A DNA stretch of 64,000 nt from Candidatus Cloacimonadales bacterium (GCA_963665815.1 OY762463.1:32001-96000); one strand, 5' to 3'; shown: positions 20,574-31,592, numbered from the stretch's first letter. Numbers and translations are program-made. The notes: generated by a model from the letters alone, not told the origin.

Positions 20574-21323
20574 ATGAATGCAATCAGAATTATTGGTGCT
20601 TATGTGATTTTCTTGTTTCATGTTGCTTCCAAAATAGGATGTCTTAGAAAAAGAGTTTTCGAAACTATACAGCAGATGAAGAAATCGGGTTATGATTCGC
20701 TGATTCTCATAAGCGTGACAGCCGGATTTACAGGGCTTGTTACAGCTGTTCAGGCATCTTACCAGACAAAGGGATATATTCCGGACAGGCTAATAGGCGT
20801 TCTTGTTGGCAAATCGACCATGATAGAGCTTGCACCGGTTTTGACAGCTCTTGTGTTGGCAGGTAAGGCAGGTGCTTCTATTGCTGCTGAGATCGGGACA
20901 ATGAAAGTAACTGATCAGATTGATGCTCTGGAATCAATGGCAATAGATCCTTATGACTTTCTGTATTTCCCACGCATTCTGGCAGGAATAATTGTAGTTC
21001 CATTACTAACAATTTATGCAAATCTAATAAGTATCATGTCTGCTTTTGTTTTGTCGAAATACATGTATAACATCACAGCTTACAATTTCTTTATCAACAT
21101 GAAGCAGTATTTTGATACATGGGATTTATGGGGTGGACTGGTAAAATCAGTATTTTTTGGATTTGTCATTACATCCATAGGCTGCTTTATTGGCTCAAAC
21201 ACTGTCAATGGGGCAGAAGGAGTTGGTAAATCAACTACTCAAACTGTTGTTTATGCTTCAATCCTGATACTGTTCGTAGATTTTGTTGTAGCTTCATTTT
21301 TATTCGGAGGATTTACTCAGTGA
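20574..21323 (+). CDS. mlaE: MlaE-family ABC transporter permease
   Basis: ELAPVLTAL, AAEIGTMKVTDQIDALE and GAEGVGKSTT motifs. Confidence 0.9.
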   Translation: MNAIRIIGAYVIFLFHVASKIGCLRKRVFETIQQMKKSGYDSLILISVTAGFTGLVTAVQASYQTKGYIPDRLIGVLVGKSTMIELAPVLTALVLAGKAGASIAAEIGTMKVTDQIDALESMAIDPYDFLYFPRILAGIIVVPLLTIYANLISIMSAFVLSKYMYNITAYNFFINMKQYFDTWDLWGGLVKSVFFGFVITSIGCFIGSNTVNGAEGVGKSTTQTVVYASILILFVDFVVASFLFGGFTQ

Positions 21324-22396
21324 TCAGAAAATTTCTATTCTTTGCCGTTATTGCAATATTCTTAATAAATTGCGGTGCTCCACCTGAGGAAAAAGTTAAG
21401 GAGAAACTTTCAGATTCGCTGGATGTTTTTGTTACGAAGGATTTTTTCTCACTTAATTATATGCAGGACATTACATCTGAATTTACCAGAACTAACAAGA
21501 TGAAACTCAATAATGTCATCTTTGAGAATTTTGGGCAGTTAAAGGATTCTTTGTATGCAATAAGACGCTTTAATAACAAGATTGTAAACGATAGTCTGGA
21601 TGTTGAAAGCATTAAAATGCCTGATCTGGTAGTAGGTGTTAATCAAACATTCTACAGAGAAATGATGAGGGATTCTATATTTACTGTTAACCGTAAGTTT
21701 GAGATAGAGAAAATGCATGATTACCTGAATCTTAAAAAATTCCCGGGTTTTATTCCATTATCCTGGTCATATCTTGCGTTTATGGTTGATAGAGAGTATA
21801 TGAACAAATATCCCGAGACATTCGGTCAGCTTCAGGATGGTAACTATAAAGGTCGTATATTGCTTAGTCAGCCTTTTGATACATGTATTGGTAACGCTTT
21901 TGTATACTGGGTAGGAGGGATATTCAAGAAATGGGGATTTTCTCATTATACCAGAGCAATCAAGGATAACATCGGGGAGATTGAAGATAATGCCGAGGAT
22001 GCATATAATAAGTTTCTTGCCTCTGAGCATAATTTTGTCCTGACATATTCCTCGAGAATCGGATATCACTTTTCTAAAGGTGAGAATAAGAGATATGAAG
22101 TTATTGTGCCATCGGAAGGTCATTTCCGACAGGTTCTTGGGATGGCTGTACCTAAAGAAACAGAATTGAACATGAAAACAGATAAATTGATAGAGATGAT
22201 GCTGGAATTTAAGAATCAGGAGTTAATGCAGACGAGATTATTTATGTTCTCTGTGCTCAAAGATGTTGAAGCTCCCAAGAATTTCACTTTATCCAATATA
22301 CCGCCTCAGGATGTAACAAAAATCCTGTGGGATAAAAAAGTGGACGAATACTATAATTACTGGAAAAAAAGATGGAAAATTCTAATAAAGATGTAA
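21320..22396 (+). CDS. ABC substrate-binding lipoprotein, thiamine-binding-protein-like
   Basis: Lipobox INC; PDLVVGVN, WSYLAF and VLTYSS resemble the TbpA/ThiB family. Confidence 0.55.
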   Translation: MIRKFLFFAVIAIFLINCGAPPEEKVKEKLSDSLDVFVTKDFFSLNYMQDITSEFTRTNKMKLNNVIFENFGQLKDSLYAIRRFNNKIVNDSLDVESIKMPDLVVGVNQTFYREMMRDSIFTVNRKFEIEKMHDYLNLKKFPGFIPLSWSYLAFMVDREYMNKYPETFGQLQDGNYKGRILLSQPFDTCIGNAFVYWVGGIFKKWGFSHYTRAIKDNIGEIEDNAEDAYNKFLASEHNFVLTYSSRIGYHFSKGENKRYEVIVPSEGHFRQVLGMAVPKETELNMKTDKLIEMMLEFKNQELMQTRLFMFSVLKDVEAPKNFTLSNIPPQDVTKILWDKKVDEYYNYWKKRWKILIKM

Positions 22397-22845
22397 CTTT
22401 CAGAATAGTTCTATATGAACCTGAGATACCTGCAAACACTGGTAATATAGGTAGATTATGCGTTGGAGCTAATGCTGAACTTCACATAATAAAGCCTATG
22501 AGATTTTTTATCAATGATAAATATGTCAAAAGAGCCGGATTGGACTACTGGAAAGACCTGAAGTTAACTCTTCATGATAGTCTTGAAGACTATCTTCTTA
22601 TGTATCCGGAAGTTAACCACTATTATTGTACAACCAAAACAGATAATAAATTTACTGATTTCAGTTATAAAAAAGGTGATTCGTTCATTCTGGGTCCTGA
22701 ATCCAGAGGATTACCGGAATCATTACTTGACGAAAACAAAGAGAAATCAATAACTATTCCTATGTCTGACAAGATCAGATCAATCAACCTCAGCAATAGT
22801 GCCGCCATCGTATTATACGAAGGTTTACGGCAGATAGGCTTTTAA
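22372..22845 (+). CDS. trmL: tRNA (cytidine/uridine-34-2'-O)-methyltransferase
   Basis: PEIPANTGNIGR, RAGLDYW, GPESRGLP and RSINLSNS motifs. Confidence 0.95.
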   Translation: MENSNKDVTFRIVLYEPEIPANTGNIGRLCVGANAELHIIKPMRFFINDKYVKRAGLDYWKDLKLTLHDSLEDYLLMYPEVNHYYCTTKTDNKFTDFSYKKGDSFILGPESRGLPESLLDENKEKSITIPMSDKIRSINLSNSAAIVLYEGLRQIGF

Positions 22846-22858
22846 TCCGGAGGAAAAA

Positions 22859-23734
22859 ATGCTTAAAGGATCATATGTAGCACTTGTTACACCGTTCACT
22901 AATGGTGAAATTGATTATAATGCACTTGAAAAGCTAATAAAATTTCATATTGAGAACAAAACCGATGGTATTCTTTTATGTGGAACTACCGGTGAAACAC
23001 CTACACTTGCCGGAGACGAGAAAGAACGTCTTATCCGTTTCTGTGTTAAACTCATCGATAAGAGAGTTCCGGTAATGATAGGAACAGGCACCAATAATCT
23101 TAATCACACAATTGCAGCAACTACGAGAGCTTCTCAATGGGGAGGAGATTATGCTTTAATCAGTACTCCTTACTATGTGAAACCAACTCAGACCGGTTTA
23201 TACCGTTTTTACAAAGCAGTGCATGATGCAACAGATATTCCCATAGTTGTTTATAATGTACCGGGAAGAACAGGTTGTAATATTGCGGCAGAGACTGTGA
23301 TAAAACTTGCCAACGACTGTGAGAGAATAGTTGGACTGAAAGCTGCGAGTGGTGATCTGATTAAGACTTCAATTGTTGTAAAGGGTACCTCAGATGATTT
23401 TTCAGTAATGTCCGGCGAAGACGGGTTGAACCTTCCTTTGCTTTCCTGCGGAGCTAAAGGAGCTATTTCCGTTACTGCAAATGTTGCTCCTAGCAAAGTA
23501 CACGATCTTATTGAGGCTTATGCAAATAAAGATAACGATACAGCTTTAGAGATTCATCAGGCATTGATAGAACTTAATGAAGCATTGTTTGTTGAGACAA
23601 ATCCTATTCCGGTTAAAGAAGCACTGGTAATGATGGGATATATAAAAAGAGAATTCAGGCTTCCAATGTGTGAGTTGTCTGAAAATAACAGAGTCTTTCT
23701 TAATGGAGTTCTGAAAGAGAACGGCTTAATCTGA
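22859..23734 (+). CDS. dapA: 4-hydroxy-tetrahydrodipicolinate synthase
   Basis: ALVTPF, GTTGE, PYYVKP, YNVPGRTG and NPIPVK motifs. Confidence 0.95.
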   Translation: MLKGSYVALVTPFTNGEIDYNALEKLIKFHIENKTDGILLCGTTGETPTLAGDEKERLIRFCVKLIDKRVPVMIGTGTNNLNHTIAATTRASQWGGDYALISTPYYVKPTQTGLYRFYKAVHDATDIPIVVYNVPGRTGCNIAAETVIKLANDCERIVGLKAASGDLIKTSIVVKGTSDDFSVMSGEDGLNLPLLSCGAKGAISVTANVAPSKVHDLIEAYANKDNDTALEIHQALIELNEALFVETNPIPVKEALVMMGYIKREFRLPMCELSENNRVFLNGVLKENGLI

Positions 23735-23746
23735 TAGAGTTATTTA

Positions 23747-24127
23747 ATGCTTAGAAACAGGAAAAAAGTAGATAAAACTAGTATAGTATGTCCCAAGTCA
23801 AAAAGGCATGAAAGTCTTTTTGTCTGTGCAATCAATTGTCATAAAAAATGTCCTAAATACATAGAAACTATAACAATTGGCTTACTTCTGGAATTTGTTC
23901 AACAACATCCGGAATACAAAATAGTTGGAGAAATGATGGCTGCACCAAAAGCAAAAAAGACAGCAGGCGAAAAAAAATACTGGGTTGTGACCGAAGATAA
24001 TCATTTTGTAGAATTAACAGAACAAGAAATTCTTGAGAATCCTCTGGATTATATTGGCAAACAGGTTTTTGACAAACCTCCTGCACAATACGAAATAGTA
24101 GTAGCTTTGAAAAAAGTTAAAAAATAA
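23747..24127 (+). CDS. hypothetical protein with Cys-rich N-terminus
   Basis: Fits tightly in the operon; CPK...CAINCHKKC cluster. Confidence 0.6.
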   Translation: MLRNRKKVDKTSIVCPKSKRHESLFVCAINCHKKCPKYIETITIGLLLEFVQQHPEYKIVGEMMAAPKAKKTAGEKKYWVVTEDNHFVELTEQEILENPLDYIGKQVFDKPPAQYEIVVALKKVKK

Positions 24128-24166
24128 GATAACTCTTACAAGTACATAAGTGAAAGGATTCTTAAA

Positions 24167-25609
24167 ATGGAGTATAGGTATCTCAAAGGCTGGATAAAGG
24201 AATCTGATTATATCAAGGGATTCAGGTTTCAGGGACTTTCTGTGTTTGAAGACCAATATGTAATTTCCTTTAAAAAACGAAAAGAGATACTACAGATTGA
24301 TCTGTCAAAAGGCTCAGTCTTTTACACAAAACAAAAAACACCTTTCACTGATGAGAATGGATTCTGCAACTATTGCAATGATCATCTCAAAAGCAGTACA
24401 TTAAGCGATATCAATATTCTGGATAACGACAGGATAGTAGAACTTTTCTTTACCAGAGTTAATATCTATAACCAGCAGGAAAAATTCAGACTGATTCTGG
24501 AGCTTATACCTCGTTACTACAATATTATTCTGGTAAACGACTCCGATCAGGACGGATTGATTTCCGATTCTCTGAAACGCATATCCTTTGCAGAGAATAC
24601 AACTCGGCAGGTACTGCCCGGAGTAATATATCAATCTCCAAGCAGTGATTTTAAGATAACAGATACTGATGTCGAATTTCCTATAATCTTTAATTACAAC
24701 TCTTTTGATTCAATCAATCAGTTTCTGGAATACCAGTATTTCAATGTAATTCTGGAGAAAAGAATTAACGGTGAACGAAGCAGAATCCTTAAAACGCTGA
24801 GGAAAAAGCTCAAATCCAAAGAAAAAAAACTGGAAAAGCTTAAGGTAGAACTGGAAGATTCACTTAACGAAACAATTTATTACCAGAAAGCAGAGTTATT
24901 GAAAGCTTCGTTTCATGCATTAAAAAAGGGTATGAAAGAAGTGGAACTGCAGAACTATTTCGCTGAAGACTACCCGATGATAACCATTGAGCTGAATGTA
25001 GAAAAATCTCCTCAACAGAATGTTGAGTGGTACTTCAAGAAGTATCGCAAGGCAAAATCAGGAAAAATCAGGATACAGGAAGAGGTAGAGAAGACAGATA
25101 CCTTTATCGATGAGATAAACCGTGAGATCTTTGATATAGAAGAACAGAATGACTATGTTCAACTGAAGAGTTATTCACAGAAGACAGATACTAAAGTAAC
25201 TAAAAAGAAGAAAAGTTATAGAAAAATGTTTATAGATGACTGCTGGGAAATTTTCATAGGTAGAACCAACAGGGAAAATGACGAATTGACTACTCGTTTT
25301 GCCAAACCTCATGACTGGTGGTTTCACTCAAGGATTTTCCGAGGCTCACATATTATTATCAGGAATTATAAGAAGAAAGCAGATCTGCCGGATGAATTGC
25401 GCAATCTGGCTGCAAGAATTGCAGCATACTACAGTAAGGCAAAGAAATCTGAGAATGTGCCTGTGGACTTTACTCAGATTCGGTATGTGCGGAAACCAAG
25501 GGGCTCTGCAGCAGGTTTTGTAACATATAAGAACCAGAAAACACTGTATGTCAATCCATTGAGTATGAGAGATGCAGCAGATATTATTAAGAAAATGACC
25601 AAGGAGTGA
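24167..25609 (+). CDS. NFACT-family (RqcH/FbpA-like) protein
   Basis: DRIVEL, NIILV, coiled coil, IGRTNREND, WWFH...GSH and VDFT...VRKP motifs. Confidence 0.9.
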   Translation: MEYRYLKGWIKESDYIKGFRFQGLSVFEDQYVISFKKRKEILQIDLSKGSVFYTKQKTPFTDENGFCNYCNDHLKSSTLSDINILDNDRIVELFFTRVNIYNQQEKFRLILELIPRYYNIILVNDSDQDGLISDSLKRISFAENTTRQVLPGVIYQSPSSDFKITDTDVEFPIIFNYNSFDSINQFLEYQYFNVILEKRINGERSRILKTLRKKLKSKEKKLEKLKVELEDSLNETIYYQKAELLKASFHALKKGMKEVELQNYFAEDYPMITIELNVEKSPQQNVEWYFKKYRKAKSGKIRIQEEVEKTDTFIDEINREIFDIEEQNDYVQLKSYSQKTDTKVTKKKKSYRKMFIDDCWEIFIGRTNRENDELTTRFAKPHDWWFHSRIFRGSHIIIRNYKKKADLPDELRNLAARIAAYYSKAKKSENVPVDFTQIRYVRKPRGSAAGFVTYKNQKTLYVNPLSMRDAADIIKKMTKE

Positions 25610-25975
25610 TTGATGATTGTCAAATCACTGAATAGAATTAAAAGTATAAATGCTCTCGATGGGACAGTAGTAAAAGAGATTCTACATCCGGATAAGGATG
25701 CCCTCGAGATGAACTTCAGCCTTGCTCACGCAGTGCTGGCACCACAGGAGAAATCTCTTAAGCATAGAATTACTACTGGTGCCGAGATTTATGTTATTAT
25801 AAAAGGTTATGGATTAATGCATATAAATGATGATGAGCAGATTGTCAAACCGGGAGATACAATTTACATCCCGGCAGGAGCTGTTCAGTTTATTGAAAAC
25901 ACCGGAGAAGAAACCCTTGAGTTCTACTGTATGGTAGATGGGGGATGGTCTCAGGATTGCGAGGAATTATGCTGA
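25610..25975 (+). CDS. cupin-domain protein
   Basis: H...EIYVIIKG and GDTIYIPAG...IENTG cupin motifs. Confidence 0.85.
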   Translation: MMIVKSLNRIKSINALDGTVVKEILHPDKDALEMNFSLAHAVLAPQEKSLKHRITTGAEIYVIIKGYGLMHINDDEQIVKPGDTIYIPAGAVQFIENTGEETLEFYCMVDGGWSQDCEELC

Positions 25976-26649
25976 AAAAATCAATCGTACTGCTAAGTGG
26001 AGGTATGGACTCACTTGTTACACTGGCTATCGCAGCAAAGGAATCAGATGAGCTTTATTTTCTGCATGTGAACTACGGGCAGAAAACAGAAGCAAAAGAG
26101 CTGGAATGCTTTAATAATCTGGTGAAGCACTATAAACCTGCAGATATACTTGTAGCAGATATCGAATATCTCAAAAAAATTGGTGGTTCTAGTCTGGTTG
26201 ATGATTCTATGGAAATAAAAGACTATACCGGGGAAGATCGTGTGCCGAATACTTATGTGCCTTTCCGGAATGCTCACATGATCTGTATTGCTGTTTCCTG
26301 GGCAGAGGTTATTGGTGCTCAAAGAATATACATCGGAGCAGTGGAAGAAGACAGCTCGGGATATCCTGATTGTCGAGAAGAATTCTACATGCATTTTAAT
26401 AAAACTATAGATACCGGAACACAGGATGAAACTAAGATAGAGATTGTTACTCCGGTAATCCATAAAAAGAAATCTGAGATTATTACACTTGGTAAAGAGC
26501 TGAACGCTCCATTTAAGTTTAGCTGGAGCTGTTACAGAGAAAACGACAGAGCATGTGGAACCTGTGACAGTTGTGTTCTGCGTATAAACGCATTTAAGGA
26601 AGCCGATTTAGTTGACCCTAACCCTTACAAGATTGACATCGACTGGTGA
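25969..26649 (+). CDS. queC: 7-cyano-7-deazaguanine synthase
   Basis: SGGMDS, YGQK, TYVPFRN, GYPDCR and SCY...CGTCDSC motifs. Confidence 0.96.
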   Translation: MLKKSIVLLSGGMDSLVTLAIAAKESDELYFLHVNYGQKTEAKELECFNNLVKHYKPADILVADIEYLKKIGGSSLVDDSMEIKDYTGEDRVPNTYVPFRNAHMICIAVSWAEVIGAQRIYIGAVEEDSSGYPDCREEFYMHFNKTIDTGTQDETKIEIVTPVIHKKKSEIITLGKELNAPFKFSWSCYRENDRACGTCDSCVLRINAFKEADLVDPNPYKIDIDW

Positions 26650-26653
26650 AGCA

Positions 26654-27736
26654 ATGAATAAATATGGCTATATGAAGCAGGCGATTGCTATTGCTGAGCA
26701 GGGAAGAGCCAGAACATCTCCTAATCCTTTTGTCGGGGCAATCATTGTAAATGATGGACGTGTTGTGGGTAAGGGTTTTACTCAGCCTGCCGGGAAGAAT
26801 CATGCGGAAGTAGAAGCAATTCTTGATGCCGGAGAACGATGTAAAGGTGCAGATATTTATGTAACACTTGAGCCATGCTGCCATTTTGGCAAGACACCTC
26901 CCTGTACTAATGCAATCATCAGCAGCGGGATAAATCGTGTTTTTGTTGGTATTGAAGATCCTGATCAGAGAGTTGCAGGAAAAGGCATTGATATCATGCG
27001 AAAAGCCGGAATTCATGTAGAAGTAGGGTTGTATGACGAGCAAATACGTAAGCAACTGGAAGCATATATTTTTTCAAGGCTGAATACCGGGTTGTTTGTT
27101 CATAGCAAGATTGCAGCTTCTATGGATGGTAAAACAGCTCTTGAAAATGGTAAATCTAAATGGATAACAAATGAGAAGTCCAGAATAAAAGTCCATGAAA
27201 TGCGGAACAGATCAGATGTCGTAATTACAGGAATTAATACCGTTCTTGCAGATAATCCAATGCTGAATGTACGAGGAATTGAGAATTCCCGAAATCCTTT
27301 GAGAGCAATTCTGGATACAAATCTGAGAATCCCTTTGGATTGTTATATTGTAAAAACTGCCAGAGAACAAAAGACAATTGTATTTCATGTAAAAGATGAG
27401 AAAGATAAGGTTAAAGAACTGGAAAAATTAGGAATAGAGTGTGTTAAAGTCGCCGAGGAATATGGACATGTAAATCTTGAGCAGGTGACAGGTATCCTCA
27501 AGAACAGGGGATTTATGCTGTTGATGCTTGAAGCCGGCAGGACATTGAATACTTCATTTTTACAGCGTGGTTTGCTCAATCGGATCTCGTATTATGTCGG
27601 TGGAAAAATTCTGGGGGGAGATCACAGTATTTTCAGTGGATTCAAAATTGATGAAGTTGATCAGGCTGTAAAGTTGTCGGTAGATGATGTTGTTAGACTG
27701 GACAACGATGTGCTAATTGAGTATAGGGTAGAGTAG
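26654..27736 (+). CDS. ribD: riboflavin biosynthesis deaminase/reductase
   Basis: PNPFVG, HAE, TLEPCCHFGKTPPC, SMDG...SKWIT and DNPMLNVR motifs. Confidence 0.96.
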   Translation: MNKYGYMKQAIAIAEQGRARTSPNPFVGAIIVNDGRVVGKGFTQPAGKNHAEVEAILDAGERCKGADIYVTLEPCCHFGKTPPCTNAIISSGINRVFVGIEDPDQRVAGKGIDIMRKAGIHVEVGLYDEQIRKQLEAYIFSRLNTGLFVHSKIAASMDGKTALENGKSKWITNEKSRIKVHEMRNRSDVVITGINTVLADNPMLNVRGIENSRNPLRAILDTNLRIPLDCYIVKTAREQKTIVFHVKDEKDKVKELEKLGIECVKVAEEYGHVNLEQVTGILKNRGFMLLMLEAGRTLNTSFLQRGLLNRISYYVGGKILGGDHSIFSGFKIDEVDQAVKLSVDDVVRLDNDVLIEYRVE

Positions 27737-27979
27737 AGATAATAGAACCGGACTAGTAGGGGTAGGGCAAGCAGAGACTTGACTCATTGGATGTCTACAC
27801 TTCGATTTCCCTGATTTTGTGTATATGTTTCAGTAGGCTCAAATCCATCAAACAAGGTAGTGGGGACATAACATGTGAATGTTTTTAAAGTTTATTCAAA
27901 GCAAATCCACCGACAATTAAATTGACAAATCAAATTCTCTGATGTACAGCATAAAATATCAAAAATAAGGATAGTTGTT

Positions 27980-30900
27980 ATGCAATGCAAACTGAATACG
28001 ATCGGTAACCTCAAATATAATAATGGATTACACGAACTTAGAGTTGATCAGAAGTACGTTAAGGGTCTTAAAAATCTGGAGATGTTCAGTCACATTCTTC
28101 TGATTACAGCTACGGAAATTCAAGAACGAGCAGGTTTTAAGATTCTTACAGCCGGGATTAAAGATATTGATCTGCTTTCCGGGTACTTTGCTCTGAACAT
28201 AAACGAAAATGTCGAATCTGCTTCGATTTATGACATTAAACCTTATATCCCTTGCGAAGATAGAGTTATTGACTTAGTATCATGTGAAAACAAGCAGAAT
28301 TCGCAAAAGCTTGTACAGAAAGAAGAAATTTTTTCTGATTCTATTGGCAGGATAGATCGTTTTCAAGGTAGGCAACTTCTGATTATGGATGAAGATTTGA
28401 ATGCTATGTTCAATGCAGGTGATTATATCAGAGTTATATGGTGGTTCTCAAGGTTTGATAAGAAAGCATTCCGAAAAACCTTGCTGGTTAATCCTCCATA
28501 TGAAGATGCACCCAAAAGCGGTGTTTTTGCAACAAGATCACCTGTTCGTCCCAATCCCATTGCTATAACTACTGCAAGAATTCTGGAAATCAATGGAAAT
28601 CATATCATAATTTCAGATATTGAAGCATATAATAATACTCCGGTTCTGGATATTCTGTCATATAATTCTAAGGATATAAATATCGAAGAAATCAGAGTCC
28701 CTGAATGGATGAATCATTGGAAAAGTCATTTTATTTACAGTAATGAAAATTCTGTAAAAAAAGAAAATAAATATGTAGATTTAAACAAATACTTTAAATA
28801 TGAATTAAGCAAAGAAGCTCCAACCGAGAAGGATGTAACAGAGGATTCTGACCTTAACCACATTGTTGTTAAAAGAGCCAGACAGAATAATCTTAAGGAT
28901 GTATCCGTCAGAATTCCCAAACATAAATTTACAGTTGTCACTGGATTGAGCGGTTCAGGAAAATCATCTCTTACCTTTGATACGATCTATGCAGAAGCAG
29001 AACGTCGATTTACCGGTAGTTTCAGTACGGCAGGTTCCGGAACTGTTCCTGATAAACCTGACTTTGATGTTATAACAGGGCTATCTCCGGCAATAGCAAT
29101 TGAGCAGAACAGGATTATAAGGAATTCCAGATCAAATGTCGGTTCTCTTTCGGGAATATATGGTTTGCTGAGAACACTGTATTCAACATTCGGAACCAGA
29201 TTCTGTGAAGTATGCGGAACACAGCACCATTTTTTTACTGTGCATGATCTAGTTGATCTATGTAAAAATTTGAACGATGAAGCTGATGTTATAATTCGGA
29301 GTAATGGCAGAGTTTTGGTTGAGAGTGTCAAAAAAGCAATTTCAGAAGATTTAAGGGGTATCGAGTATAGATTAGCATCTGAGTATGAAAGGTATCACAA
29401 ACTGACTCTTTTGTTTAATGACGGGAAATTGATTGATGTGACGGACAGAAAAAGCTGTGTTGAATGTGGAAATTTGTTTTTCGACCTGAAACCTTACATA
29501 TTCAGCAGTAATAATCCTGAAGGGATGTGTTCTGACTGTAATGGTACGGGTAGAATAATGAAGGTGGAAGAGGAATCAGTAATAAATGATCCGGACAAAT
29601 CAATACTGGACGGTGCATCAGCCTGGTGGGGAGATTTGCGAAAATTCAGGGATAAGCCTTCAGCAAACTGGATGCGGGGGGAAGTATTTGCATTAGCAGA
29701 GCATTTTAAGGCCGATCTGGAAAAACCCTGGAAGGATTTACCGAAAGACTTCAGGCATAAACTGCTCTATGGGTATTCTGATGAGAAAGTGACATTCATG
29801 TATGAATCTGCATCTGGTCGTTCAGGTAATATTTCTCGTTTTACTTCCGGAGCAATTACAAATATTGAGAGGTTGCTCGCACAGAATAAAGAGAGTACAA
29901 ACGGTATGTTGGGTCGATTCTGCACAGAGCAAATATGTCCCTCCTGTAATGGAACAAAGATTGGACCTGTAGGTCGAAATGTAAGTTTTGCAGGAGAATA
30001 TTATACAGATATAGCTTCTGTTTCAATAGAATACATAAAAGAATGGTGTAAAAATATATATGACTATAAATATAAACCTATACTTGAACAGATAATTGAG
30101 ATCTGTGATTCGGTTTCAGGAGCAGGATTAGAGTACTTGACTCTAAATAGACCGGTACCGACATTATCCGGTGGGGAAATGCAGAGACTGATTCTGTCAA
30201 CCAGAATGCACAGTGGATTAACAGATCTTCTTTATGTACTTGATGAACCATCCAAGGGGTTGCATCCTTATGACTACAGAAAGATATCTCAACAGATAAA
30301 GCGTCTGGCAGAAGCCGGTAATACTTTAATCGTTGTTGAACACGCCGAGGATATAATCAGACAGGCTGATCATGTAATTGATATGGGACCGGAAAGCGGT
30401 GCTAACGGTGGAGAGATTGTTGCTCAGGGCAGTGTGCAGGAGATTATGGAAAATCCGGAATCTGTAACCGGTAGATATCTGAGGGGGAAACATAATATTA
30501 CTTCTGAGAAAAAATCTGTTAAGAAAAGAAACACAATCTTTGTCAAGGGAGCATGCAGGAACAATCTGCAAAATATTGATCTGGAAATTCCTCTGGGTAA
30601 TATTATATCTGTCACGGGTGTAAGTGGTTCCGGTAAGAGCAGTCTGTTATATGATGTTCTCGGAAGAGCCTGGAAGGATTACAGAGAAGACAGAAAGCCA
30701 GGCGGTGACTACTGCAAGGCTGAAGGATTTGAACATGTATCAAGGCTTGTTGTTATTGATCAGAGACCTGTATGGAAATCTATTCGTTCCAATGCGGCTA
30801 CTTATCTTGGTGTGTTTGACGAGATCAGAAAAGTTTTTGCTTCTACGCCAGAGTCAAATGAGAGAAAGTACACCGATGGGATGTTCAGCACAAACTCACC

Positions 30901-31519
30901 AAAAGGACAGTGTCCTGTTTGTAAGGGGCTGGGATTCAAGAAAATATCACTTGGTTTCATGAGTGATATTCATATAAAATGTGATTCCTGTAAAGGATTG
31001 AGATATAAAGAAGAGATTCTGGAGATAGAATACAAGGGGAAATCCATTGCTGATGTTCTGGAAATGGATATATTGCAGGTTCTTGAACTGTTTCATGATA
31101 GCATAAAGATCCGGAATACTCTAATCTGTCTCGTCAGTCTTGGGTTGGATTACATTAAGATAGGGCAATCCACAGCGACATTAAGCGGGGGAGAAGCGCA
31201 AAGACTGAAGCTTGCAGCAGAACTGAATTCACCTGACCTTAAGGATGCCTTGATAATTCTTGATGAGCCGACATCCGGGCTTCACTTTGCGGATGTTCAC
31301 AAGTTCATGGACTTCATCAGGACTATGAATAGTCAGGGAGCAACGATAATCATGATTGAACATGACATGAACGTTGTTGCTCATTCGGACTGGATAATTG
31401 ATATGGGACCGGGTGGCGGAGTAAACGGTGGACGTATTATTGCCGAAGGTACCATCGATGAAGTAGTGAGGACCGGGGAAGGTTTTACTGCTGAATATTT
31501 ACGCAAAATAACTAAATAA
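27980..31519 (+). CDS. fusion protein: two TrmO/YaeB-like domains plus a UvrA-family ABC ATPase
   Basis: N-term LEMFSH...DIKPY and GVFATRSPVRPNPI...TPVLDI; then GLSGSGKSS, LSGGE, LDEP twice, plus Zn-finger CxxC motifs. Confidence 0.85.
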   Translation: MQCKLNTIGNLKYNNGLHELRVDQKYVKGLKNLEMFSHILLITATEIQERAGFKILTAGIKDIDLLSGYFALNINENVESASIYDIKPYIPCEDRVIDLVSCENKQNSQKLVQKEEIFSDSIGRIDRFQGRQLLIMDEDLNAMFNAGDYIRVIWWFSRFDKKAFRKTLLVNPPYEDAPKSGVFATRSPVRPNPIAITTARILEINGNHIIISDIEAYNNTPVLDILSYNSKDINIEEIRVPEWMNHWKSHFIYSNENSVKKENKYVDLNKYFKYELSKEAPTEKDVTEDSDLNHIVVKRARQNNLKDVSVRIPKHKFTVVTGLSGSGKSSLTFDTIYAEAERRFTGSFSTAGSGTVPDKPDFDVITGLSPAIAIEQNRIIRNSRSNVGSLSGIYGLLRTLYSTFGTRFCEVCGTQHHFFTVHDLVDLCKNLNDEADVIIRSNGRVLVESVKKAISEDLRGIEYRLASEYERYHKLTLLFNDGKLIDVTDRKSCVECGNLFFDLKPYIFSSNNPEGMCSDCNGTGRIMKVEEESVINDPDKSILDGASAWWGDLRKFRDKPSANWMRGEVFALAEHFKADLEKPWKDLPKDFRHKLLYGYSDEKVTFMYESASGRSGNISRFTSGAITNIERLLAQNKESTNGMLGRFCTEQICPSCNGTKIGPVGRNVSFAGEYYTDIASVSIEYIKEWCKNIYDYKYKPILEQIIEICDSVSGAGLEYLTLNRPVPTLSGGEMQRLILSTRMHSGLTDLLYVLDEPSKGLHPYDYRKISQQIKRLAEAGNTLIVVEHAEDIIRQADHVIDMGPESGANGGEIVAQGSVQEIMENPESVTGRYLRGKHNITSEKKSVKKRNTIFVKGACRNNLQNIDLEIPLGNIISVTGVSGSGKSSLLYDVLGRAWKDYREDRKPGGDYCKAEGFEHVSRLVVIDQRPVWKSIRSNAATYLGVFDEIRKVFASTPESNERKYTDGMFSTNSPKGQCPVCKGLGFKKISLGFMSDIHIKCDSCKGLRYKEEILEIEYKGKSIADVLEMDILQVLELFHDSIKIRNTLICLVSLGLDYIKIGQSTATLSGGEAQRLKLAAELNSPDLKDALIILDEPTSGLHFADVHKFMDFIRTMNSQGATIIMIEHDMNVVAHSDWIIDMGPGGGVNGGRIIAEGTIDEVVRTGEGFTAEYLRKITK

Positions 31520-31592
31520 TTGTATTTTAGCTTTACACTCATTTATAGTATTTTATTATTGAATGTTAGAAAAAATATTAGATGAGGATAAA

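Noticed and set aside
27737-27979. SOS box or FMN riboswitch between ribD and the UvrA fusion
   Set aside because: No recognisable LexA palindrome or RFN consensus.
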